A stretch of 64,000 bases of DNA from Heterodontus francisci. Its lineage: Eukaryota. This document shows positions 39,901 through 47,509 of the stretch, in pieces (the first letter of the stretch is position 1; every line of letters starts with the position of its first letter). The notes under the pieces were generated by a model. It saw only the letters and a program-made list of their open reading frames with translations. It did no database searches and was not told where the DNA came from. The stretch is taken from positions 53,857,378 through 53,921,377 of the forward strand of contig NC_090383.1 in NCBI RefSeq assembly GCF_036365525.1, written 5' to 3'. The position numbers and the translations under genes were made by a program.

Positions 39901-40782
39901 GCATTTACTGACCTTGCTGAGAAAGATAAATCCCAGCACACAAACTCCAAAGATAAAGCAGACTGTATACTGCAGGAATCGCACAAATTTCCCAGTGACT
40001 TCTTCTTCATCATTTACTGTTTTAAACATAAACGGATCCCATGTTTTCCTGAAACTAAATTTTTTAAAAATATATAATATTGCACCTGCTGTACATTGGT
40101 CTTTGAAGATTAATCACTGTAAATGTAATGTTTGGTAATTTTTGTTTTCGGTAAAATTGCCTAATTTTTTACATGACATTTCAACTACAACACAATAATG
40201 ATGACTATTAATAGCTGAAGCACAGGAGATATTAAGATGAACAGTGCAAATCAGAATTTCTTTACAGTAGAGCATCTATTACACATTCTTGAAAACAACA
40301 ATATTCAACTTAAAATTCATTGCAATTAATTTGATTTAAAAAGAAAACCAATTATCACATAACCAAATATTAGGGTTTTATTTACTTTGCTATCGTAAAG
40401 GGATTTCTTTTATATTGTTTGGCAGTTTTTCTATGCCTTAGAGTATTTTTATGTAAAGGCCTTTCCCCTTCACACAATGCATCCAAAACTTGCAACTTTA
40501 CCTGGTAGCAGAATGTGTTGTTTCAAATAGACATGGTGCTCTAAAACGTACAATTACTTTTTTAATTTACCAAACCAGCTATAAAACCTGATATTTACTG
40601 TCAAATAGTTAGGGGCCAAATGCCAAATCACATTTCAAATATTTTACAGAATTATTTATATGTCTATCTGTGTATCATTTTTGGAAATAATAAATTAATA
40701 TCACATTAGTGAAATGAAAAACGATTTACCTGTTTCCGTACAATCTTTTTACCTCATTGATATCCTGATTTTTACTCTCCAT
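6730..40782 (-). CDS. chs: Chitin synthase CHS-A (multi-exon gene span; 12 exons in window, 3' end beyond left edge)
   Basis: Spliced exons 40782-40730, 40048-39913, 37473-37294, 35318-34282, 32535-32446, 24587-24414, 20942-20762, 13714-13613, 12661-12520, 9966-9766, 9201-8917 and 6909-6730 all have GT-AG boundaries and join in one open frame (2761 nt). Motifs present: WDPF, CATMWHET, FDDAF, TPYGG, HKKRWSQ, LDGD, QKFEY, CSPGCFSLFR, QYDQGEDRW, QRRRW. Confidence 0.95.
7594..8277. mobile_element. Degraded Harbinger-type MITE
   Basis: Starts gggctgaatt and ends aaaatcca; C-rich interior resembles 10140-10974 and 42660-43213. Confidence 0.5.
8917..9201 (-). CDS. chs: CHS-A exon 11 (EDR and QRRRW catalytic motifs)
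   Basis: GEDRWLCTLLLQQGWRVEY...FYNQRRRWGASTLAN...MIA. Confidence 0.96.
9766..9966 (-). CDS. chs: CHS-A exon 10
   Basis: PVVWYQKFEYAIGHWLQKTAEHVLGCVLCSPGCFSLFR...FVQYDQ. Confidence 0.95.
10140..10974. mobile_element. Non-autonomous Harbinger-type MITE
   Basis: TIRs gggccggatttt / aaaatccagccc; 3-bp TSD tct. Confidence 0.8.
11355..11930 (+). mobile_element. CR1-group LINE family 1 fragment (RT C-terminus)
   Basis: FADDCTMFS..MQQDLDNIQAWADKWQVTF; closely similar to 2476-3060. Confidence 0.85.
12520..12661 (-). CDS. chs: CHS-A exon 9 (DxD motif)
   Basis: TEKENTYILALDGDTDFQPSAVILLVDRLRRYPHVGAACGRIHPTGT. Confidence 0.94.
12780..13491. mobile_element. Probable Harbinger-type MITE
   Basis: Degenerate termini (ggccctgatatt / aaatttcacccc) flanked by taa. 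Confidence 0.4.
13613..13714 (-). CDS. chs: CHS-A exon 8
   Basis: TMYMYYLLGWKLKRKH...ALK; completes the WSQxMYMYYLLG motif. Confidence 0.88.
14673..15607 (+). pseudogene. CR1 ORF1 (Zn finger/leucine zipper plus SGNH esterase), one frameshift near 15230
   Basis: CFTC..CRKC, IRDSIVR (GDS-like), CLPGA, VHIGTND, DGLHL. Confidence 0.85.
15607..18547 (+). pseudogene. CR1 ORF2 (APE endonuclease and reverse transcriptase); 807-aa open stretch, then a frameshift and a stop
   Basis: CFNARS, ITETW, GVYYRPP, DFN, GDH; KSPGPDG, NYRPVSL, DFSKAFD, QGSVLGP, FADD. Confidence 0.92.
19746..19781 (-). ncRNA. Minimal type I hammerhead ribozyme motif (Penelope pLTR)
   Basis: Reverse strand ttgcc-CTGAAGA-gt gcaag ac-GAAA-agct-TT-gacaa: core intact, one stem I mismatch. 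Confidence 0.65.
20496..20531 (+). ncRNA. Minimal hammerhead ribozyme motif, core mutated
   Basis: ttgtc-CTGATGA-gt gcaag ac-AAAA-agct-TC-gacaa; GAAA is changed to AAAA. Confidence 0.55.
20762..20942 (-). CDS. chs: CHS-A exon 7
   Basis: IFSREK...ETPYGGRISYTLPYGNTLYVHLKDKQKIRHKKRWSQ|gtacgt. Confidence 0.94.
21211..21531 (+). mobile_element. tRNA-derived V-SINE (HE1-like) with CR1-derived tail
   Basis: A-box gcagtggttagc, B-box ggttcgattc, V-domain-like core, tail gggcctgtttcagtgctgtatctc(taaa)n. Confidence 0.85.
21690..22830 (-). mobile_element. Fragmented CR1 LINE pieces
   Basis: Reverse tail taggaacataggagcaggag; KCEINKFGRKN..LGILIHESLK; ORF1 esterase piece near 22650-22830. Confidence 0.75.
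24414..24587 (-). CDS. chs: CHS-A exon 6
   Basis: LDKYKP...FDFEVHVYFDDAF...VVNEYVKSLVCTIDKIY; phase 2/2. Confidence 0.92.
25741..27302 (+). mobile_element. Young 5'-truncated CR1 LINE (uninterrupted 533-aa RT ORF)
   Basis: ORF 25743-27344 with KSPGPDG..FADD; tail (aatgttct)(atgttct). Confidence 0.92.
27797..28985 (+). mobile_element. Penelope-like element with inverted pLTR and two hammerhead-like motifs
   Basis: YLKLPWKG..EFQCQCDA..IG (GIY-YIG-like); homologous to 19726-20584. Flanks are cagggccattca / cagggccgctca. Motifs at 27846-27881 (-) and 28926-28961 (+). Confidence 0.8.
32446..32535 (-). CDS. chs: CHS-A exon 5
   Basis: KSDHVMIYLCATMWHETVDEMGKILTSIF(R); carries the animal CHS signature CATMWHET. 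Confidence 0.93.
33016..33329. mobile_element. Possible hAT-like MITE remnant
   Basis: Termini resemble agggttgccaact / gttggcaaccct, but are degenerate. Confidence 0.3.
34282..35318 (-). CDS. chs: CHS-A exon 4 (N-terminal multi-TM region)
   Basis: 1037-nt open exon, VCLIEAVVAFG...SFNWWENF...RIERTSQLFVRRLYEAAFMEQSMLLN; donor AG|gtacag. Confidence 0.93.
35785..36780 (-). mobile_element. CR1-group LINE family 1, 3' fragment
   Basis: GVPQGSVLGPTIF..FADD and C-terminal ORFs at 35804-36781. Confidence 0.88.
37294..37473 (-). CDS. chs: CHS-A exon 3
   Basis: TSLLLLISTSNTQSPFANKPFTHLVLACALLVPNVLAFVKALWK...ILGM; 180 nt; cag| and |gtaagc boundaries. Confidence 0.9.
38010..38656. mobile_element. Partial LTR related to 56662-57573
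   Basis: Begins tgtcatgaccaggtgaggaaggggtctc, like tgttatgaccagatgagaaaggggtctc at 56662. Confidence 0.55.
38810..39195 (-). mobile_element. L2-type LINE RT fragment
   Basis: FHIYADDTQLYL..CLSDIQYWM..RNLGVTFD. Confidence 0.75.
39365..39756 (+). mobile_element. Deu-domain SINE (SacSINE1/AmnSINE1-like)
   Basis: tRNA-like head, core ..ttaaaccgaagcccc..aaaatatcccatggcactatt, tail gtgctttgggatg..gtgctatagaaat. Recognised from memory of this family. Confidence 0.6.
39913..40048 (-). CDS. chs: CHS-A exon 2
   Basis: Acceptor tttcag|G. Encodes KTWDPFMFKTVNDEEEVTGKFVRFLQYTVCFIFGVCVLGFIFLSK. Donor gtcagt. Confidence 0.88.
40730..40782 (-). CDS. chs: CHS-A exon 1 (start codon)
   Basis: ATG...MESKNQDINEVKRLYGN(R), then donor AG|gtaaat. 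Phase 2 matches exon 2. Confidence 0.7.
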
Positions 40783-41609
40783 TTTTGTTTCAATAGTTAG
40801 CAGAGAAATCTTATCTATATGGGTATTCAGCTCGAGTAAGCCAAACACACTGAATGACCATACATACTTTCAATTTTTCCTTATAGGTGTGGTGTTCACT
40901 TTACATATTCAGCCACACCTATCTTCTCAGCTATGCCAAAGATAGTTTTTTTGAAGTGAACCAATTTACATAACCAGCTACAGCTACAGAGAAAAGATTT
41001 CTTACCATTTCCTTAATTATTAGAATGTTTTACTTATTCGAATATTTAATGGTTGTATGCAATAATTATAAATACACACTCAATGCCAGTGGGGGGCACT
41101 AAGTAACCTGACTAAGATTAGAAGTATATCTTCACTGAAATTGCACAGATTTCTTTGGTTACAGTTTCAACAAGTAGTCACCCAGTTCACCATTTGATGT
41201 CTATCATTAATCTGAAATCCAGAGCTTGAGTTTTCGGAATGTTTGTTTGTTGAATTCACTTGCCTTGGCTGAGTGGGTTTCGTGAAGCTTTAGCCAGGTT
41301 GCTACACAATGTCTTTTTACTAGTTTCTTTGTATAAATTAAGTAGCTGATGTGTGACACCATTTTTCACAGTTGTTGGCCCAGCCACTATAACAAATTCA
41401 TAGCACTGACCTGTTTGTTAACCTCTAGATCCAAACAGTGGACAAAATAAATAAAGGGCAACTGAAGAATTGATTCTACAAGTCAGAAAGATCAGATATC
41501 TCACTCATAACAATGTTACCAAAATCTCTTTCATGATTAAAATGAATACTGTTTTCACAGTTCTCCATTGCATACTGCACTGAGACCACAAGTTACAATG
41601 AAAAATAAT

Positions 41610-42430
41610 GGACTGGATTTTACAGGGCTCCCGACATCGGGCTCCGTGGCGGGGCTGGGGGCTGGAAGATCATTCCGGCAGCGGCCCACCGTGGAGCCTG
41701 ACGCCGGAAGGGCCAGGCCCGATCTTCCCAGACGCGGCGAGATACCGTGGCGGCCCTCCACCACCCCCCCCACCCAATGGGCGACGGGACCTGGATTAAC
41801 ACATGGTAATTAATTAAATGCATACATTTAAGTACACTTACCTGTGATCTAACGGTTGGGCCACTATCTTCAGAGCGGTGGCCAGCTCACCCACGCCTGC
41901 ATTTTTCCGTCTGGGGAAAGAAAACGCTGTAGTGGTAGGGAAGGGGAGAAAGTGAGATTTTTAGTGGCAGTGGGGTGGAGAATGGGGAATGGGTCAAACT
42001 TTATGATTAGTGTAGGGGATGGAGGGAAGGGGTGAACTTTGTTCAGTTTGGCAGTAGGAAGGTCAGATTTGAAAGGAAAGTGTGTGGGGGAGGAAAGGAT
42101 AGATACTTAATTTTATTGTGGGGTGGGAAAGGGGCGATAAAATTTTGATTTGTACAGTGGGGTGGAATTTAAGAATTTAAATTCACTAGCAGGGCTGGCC
42201 GCCCCTTAGAAATGGCGCCAGTGCTTGCACACAGGCAGCTAATGCCATTGCCAGCGTCGGAGGGCTTGCCCCTCCATGTGATTTGGGGAAGGGGTGCGGG
42301 CCAACCGGGTATTTAAATCAGCCACCACAAGGGAGATCGCGGTGGCATGACGGCGAGCAGCTCGCGCATGCGGGCTGCCAATTTTCTCATCCGCTGCCGT
42401 TCTCGGCGGCAGGCGCTTAAAATCCATCCC
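41610..42430. mobile_element. Harbinger-type MITE (same family as 10140-10974, opposite orientation)
   Basis: TIRs ggactggatttt / aaaatccatccc; TSD aat. Confidence 0.8.
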
Positions 42431-42659
42431 AATGTTTGCATTTTGTTTTAACCCCACTTGGCAAGTTCAAAGGGAGCTGTGAGAGCATGTCAAGGATGTC
42501 AAAGCAGCTCACACTCTTTATATGACTTTTATCTGTCTTTGCTTTGATTACCTTGCTAAAAATCATTTAAGCATAGGTCTAGGTTACACAACATGAGCTG
42601 TTACACCCAACTAGCGAGAGGAAATATCTCATTCTGCAATTAAATAGTGCTTATACAGT

Positions 42660-43213
42660 GGGCTGGAATTTATGTTGCCACTGACGTGATCAGTGACGGC
42701 CGTAAACTATGGTGGTCTGCCTGTGCGGACTGCTCTTCGTGGAACCGCCGTGATATTAAACGTGGCAGCTCATTTAAATGGCCGGGGCGGACCGCGCCCG
42801 GCAATGACAGGGAGGGGGCGGGCAGTCCATCCCCGGCAATGGTGTCAGGCGCCATTGCGCAGGCACCGACACCATTTTTAAAAGGCTTCGAGCCCTTCAA
42901 CTTAGTTTAAAAAGTTAGAGTTATAGGAATTGTAAATTGATTAAAAGAATTAAATTAATGTTTCTAGCCCCTCTCCCACCCCACCCCCAATATCCATTCA
43001 GTTCATTCCTTGCCCTCACCCCTCCCCCCACCAAAATACTCACCTCGTGTCCCTGACCTCCCTCGCCCGCCAAAGTTTATGAACTTTTAACCGCAACCCC
43101 TTCCCGCCATCTCCTACACCAATCAGATTAGTTTGAACCCACTCCCCACCTCCTGCACTGAAATACTTACCTGGTTCCCCCCTCCCCACCAGTGTCCTGC
43201 ATCGGAACTCCGC
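42660..43213. mobile_element. Truncated Harbinger-type MITE
   Basis: Left TIR gggctggaattt; interior resembles 10140-10690; right end missing. Confidence 0.6.
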
Positions 43214-43285
43214 ACAGGCAGTACCCAGAATTGAACTCGGATCCCTGGAGCTGTGAGGCTGCGGTGCTAACCACTGCGCTGCCCC
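43214..43285 (-). mobile_element. HE1-like SINE head fragment
   Basis: Reverse strand gcagtggttagcaccgcagcctcacagctccagggatccgagttcaattctgggtactgcctgtgcgg. Confidence 0.75.
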
Positions 43286-43288
43286 ATT

Positions 43289-44449
43289 TTAACTACATGA
43301 TAATTTTAACACATACAATATGACAATCAGTTGTGCAATTACTAGTACATGTGAAGCAATTCGAATCCAGGACGAGCTTTCAATATTAAATCCAATATCC
43401 CACCAAGGTGGGATACTAATTCCCCTGATCTCATCTCTTGTGTCCCTGTTTTTCCTCTTCGAGAGTATATTAATGCTTTTGGGAGAGTTCCACTTCCTTT
43501 ACCAGTTTTGCCAAATGCTCGGGTAACGATGGGATATCATACCCAAAATGGACTATGTATTCGTGAAGGTTTGATAAAACATCGCTCACTGTTAGATTTA
43601 CTGAGGCATGGAAGGACTGAGATAGGGATAATCCTTTCCTGTGAAATTGTACCTCTCTCTGGGGTTTTAAACAAAAGGTTGTGTCGTAAACTGAGCACCA
43701 TGTGTCATTGTGTATCCTATACTGGTAGTGGCACAGTAGGTTGCATTACCCTCATGTGCAACCTGCGGAGGGACATGGTTCTGAGCTATCACCTCCATAG
43801 TACAGTTAATGGGCTGTGTACTTTCAGACTCAAACCCACATACTGGTTGGTTGAACTCATTTAGGTGATATGGACTGAGCACTTCATGTGTGCCCCTTCC
43901 CCGACACCCCTTCAGATCAGTGCCAATCATAGAGTTCCCCCACTTAGCCACATTAACCCCTTGATCCTCCTTCCACCACTTGTTCCAACACAATTTCACA
44001 CCCTCCTTTATCCCTGTAGTCCATCTGTATGTGTTCCCAATCCCCGAATTCATCACCCTTCGCCTCATCTGTTTTATGTAACCACCACCACCAACCCACG
44101 GGGATGCTTCCCTGACATTCTAGACCACCTGCTTTCCCTCTGTCACCTGTACCTTGTTGGTTGTGATATATAATTTTGAGCAGAGCACTGATGCTTCAAC
44201 GAATGTGTACCAGTATGATTGGAATACTTGGTTGAATTTGACCCCAACCAACCCTTCCCTCATGGAAGTATGTAGCTATCCCGTCAGTGCCCTGTGTCTT
44301 ACCCCACTGTGGGCCTGGTTCCTCCCATACACCCGTAAGTGAAAGACATCTCGATGCCCCCTCGATCCGTCTGTCCTGCTCCAACAGGATTATCATCACA
44401 CTCAGCCACAGGGTACATCCCGTCTTGTGTTCCTGGCTCGACTTTGCTT
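43289..44449 (-). pseudogene. Decayed viral envelope/fusion glycoprotein-like remnant
   Basis: Reconstructed across frameshifts: signal-like TLWLSVMIILL, Cys-rich ectodomain with NCT/NAT/NLT sequons, a helical region, PPWWDIG, then the TM segment WIRIASHVLVIAQLIVILYVL. Confidence 0.5.
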
Positions 44450-45006
44450 CTGCAGAAAAGGAAAAGGAAAGAAAATAGCACTGCTCTGTGAGGGGTCTTC
44501 CCTCTACAGGTCAGACTTAGGTTATGTACAAATTTACACTACCTGAGAGATCTTCTCTCCACAGGTCAGACTTCCTTTTATGTTACTTTACACTGTGTGC
44601 CGCAATCACCGTGTCCCCTTTTTGTTTTTCCCAGGTTGGGACTTTTTGCGGTTCGGGATCGGTGTGCAAGGAGGCGTCCAGGGCACCCTGGATCGGGGTG
44701 TCCAACTACTCCCTCTTACCACCCTGCTCACTGGGTCTTGCTTTTAAACAAAGGAAACTCCCTTCTCAAAAATTAAAACTCTTTTATTTAAAAAAACATT
44801 TTCCCAAATTTAAAATTTTATTTTATCTGTTATTTACCTTTTTTAAGTGTTAGTTCTTTTTACAGATCTACCTTAACTCTGGTGTCCTAAGCTAGCTATT
44901 AGCACATTGTCCCTTACATGAAGCACCTACCAACCAATCAACGTACTAGTTTCCTGTGATGTCACAGTTGTTTTCTCACTCAGTTTCTCCAGCAGCTGAA
45001 AAGGCT

Positions 45007-45135
45007 CTGGGCTGTATTTATATAGGTAAGGCCACGCTCGAACCCTGGGCTGTATTTATATAGGTAAGGCCGCGCTCAATCCCTGGGCTGTATTTATATA
45101 GGTAAGGCTGCGCTCGATCCCCAGGCTGTATTTAT
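45007..45135. repeat. Tandem repeat, 38-bp unit x about 3.4, inside a minus-strand CR1-like 5' UTR
   Basis: Units at 45007, 45045, 45083 and 45121 (ctgggctgtatttatataggtaaggcc..). 44925-44966 matches the reverse of CR1 5' UTR 14413-14452. Confidence 0.85.
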
Positions 45136-45174
45136 GGCACACCCGGCTCCCGACTGCCTTTGCTCTGCTTTGCT

Positions 45175-46193
45175 CCAAGTTATGGTTATTGGAGGCCAAT
45201 TTTCTCAGCCCCAGGACATCAATGTAGGATTTCCTCAGGGTAGTATCCTAGGGCCAACCATCTTCAGCTGCTTCATCAATGACCTTCCCTCCAACATAAG
45301 GCCAGAAGTGGAATTGTTCACTGATGATTCCACAGTGTTCAGTGGCATCAAGTACTGAAGAGCAGTATGCACACCATGCAACAAGACCTGGGCAGCATTC
45401 AGGCTTGGGCTGATAAATGGCGAGTAACATTCACGCCACACAAGTAGCAGGCGGTGCCCATCTCCAAAAAAAGAGAATATAACCATCGCCCCTTGACATT
45501 CAATAGCATTACTATCACTGAATTTCTCACCATCAATATCTTGGGGGTTACCATTGACAGGAAATTTAACTGGGCCAGCAATATAAATACTGTGGGTACA
45601 AGAACAGGTCAGATGCTGGGAATATTGAGGCAACTAACTCATCTCCAGACTCCCCAAAGCCTGTCCACCATCTGTAAGGGGCAAATGAGGAGTGTGATGG
45701 AATATTCTCCACTTGTCTGGATAAGTGCAGCTCCAACATCATTGAAGTAACCCGACACCATCCAGGACAAAACAGGCTGCTTGATCACCACCCATCCACC
45801 TCTTTAAACAATCACTCCCTCCACCATTGGCATACAGAGGCTTCCATGTGTACCATCTACAAGATCCCCTGTAGCAACTCACCAAGGCTTCCTCAAGAGC
45901 ACCTTCCAAACCCACGACCTCTACCAACTAGAAGAACAAGGGCAGCAGACACATGGGAACACCACCACCTGAAAGTTCCCCTCCAAGTCACACATCATGT
46001 AACTTGGAATTAGATCACCATTCCTTCAATATTGCTGGATCAAAATCCTGGAACTCCCTCCCTAAATGCACTGTGGGTGTACCTACACCACATGACAGTT
46101 CAAGAAGGCAGCTCACTACCACCTTCTCAAGGGCAATTAGGAATGGGCCAGTCTTACCAATGATGTTCAAATCCCATGGATGAATAAAAAAAA
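45175..46193 (+). mobile_element. CR1-group LINE family 1, 3' fragment
   Basis: GFPQGSILGPTIFSCFINDL..FTDD; tail gaataaaaaaaa. Confidence 0.85.
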
Positions 46194-46553
46194 TGATTAA
46201 CAGTACATTGTTAAATGTGTGTACACAACCAATGTATCAGATGGAAAATGTGCAAAACCACATGTGAAGTGCAACTTTTAATAAATTCAGCAGTAAGAGC
46301 CAGAATTACCTAGGCACGTAGGGTGCTGCATGAAATAATTTTCCTCAGAAAATCTGGATAATGGATTTTGAAGTAATGCCCTTGTTTTCTTGATGCTATG
46401 CAAGCTTTAATTGTACTTTGTTGTTGCTGTGCGAAATGGTTTGGCGCATCTTATGTCGAAGAGAACATTTAGCAAACGTGTGAATTTTTTAGCATTGTCT
46501 GAAATCTATGAATTTTATGTAAGCGATTGTTTTAAATTATATATTTTTGTTAA

Positions 46554-46685
46554 ATCTGGGATCAGTTTGTTGCTTCTGCAGTTAACACTGAAGAAGAAAC
46601 CGCCTCAGAATGTATGACCATAATCCAGTTCTCCTGCTGCACAGTGCTTGGCATCTTAGGGCTTGGTCTGGCCCACTTAAGCAAG
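46554..46685 (+). pseudogene. chs: CHS-B exon 2 homologue
   Basis: IWDQFVASAVNTEEETASECMTIIQFSCCTVLGILGLGLAHLSK|gtgagt aligns with CHS-A exon 2. No AG at the expected acceptor (ttttgttaa|atc). Confidence 0.75.
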
Positions 46686-47509
46686 GTGAGTTGGTTCCAT
46701 CATGTAATCTATTGTTTTATTAATAACTAAGAACATTTGCCTACATTTTTGACCCAGAGTTTGTGAGGTAGGCCCAATCATGCAGATGGCACATTTTCGG
46801 TTGTTTATTTATTGTATCATATTTCAGAAATACTGTTATGCAGTATCCCACCCAAAAAGGTTAACCTACCTTTTTCTTGAAGATGCTAACTCACTTGCTG
46901 TATATTTCCAATATTTTCTTTTTTTAATTCTAGATTCCTAGCATTCGTTGTTCATCTTTTTTATCTCTACTGTCTCACTTGAAGCTCACCAATTTTAAAA
47001 ACACTACCTTCTGTTCTTCTGCTTTCTCCATTTGTCTATGCCTGTCAGTGTTTTTAAAACTTCATCCTCAGTCATGTCCCTTCTCAGTCTTCTTTTCTTC
47101 TGTTAAAGATTTGTAAATCTCTTTTTAGAACTTTTCCTACATTACAACGACGACAACAATTCAAAAGTATTTCAGTAGCTGTGAAGCACTTTGGGACATC
47201 CTGAGGTCATGAAAGGTGTTTTATTAAATGCAAGTCTTTCTTTCTCCATTTGTCAAGCCAATTAAAAGTAAAAGCAAATACAGGTGAAAACTGAAGCTAA
47301 TACATGCTGAACAATGGTAGCAAGACATGAGCATTAAGGTTAATTTTAGAATCAGCGTAATGCATATGACCTCTTTTTGAGGGGCGGGAATGAGTTGTGT
47401 GGAATTTAGCATAGCATCATAGAGTGCCCCAATGCATTATACAGTAGAACAGTGTTAAAATGGCCAGAATGTTACATATTAGTTCACTGACAACATTATC
47501 CCGGTGAGG

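Noticed and set aside
45007-45135. CRISPR-like array
   Set aside because: The units are contiguous with no unique spacers, and the context is eukaryotic with no cas genes.
46361-46520. CHS-B exon 1 candidates (ATGGATTTTGAA|gtaatg; ATGTCGAAGAGA..)
   Set aside because: No homology to CHS-A exon 1 and no matching phase-2 donor, so it cannot be supported.
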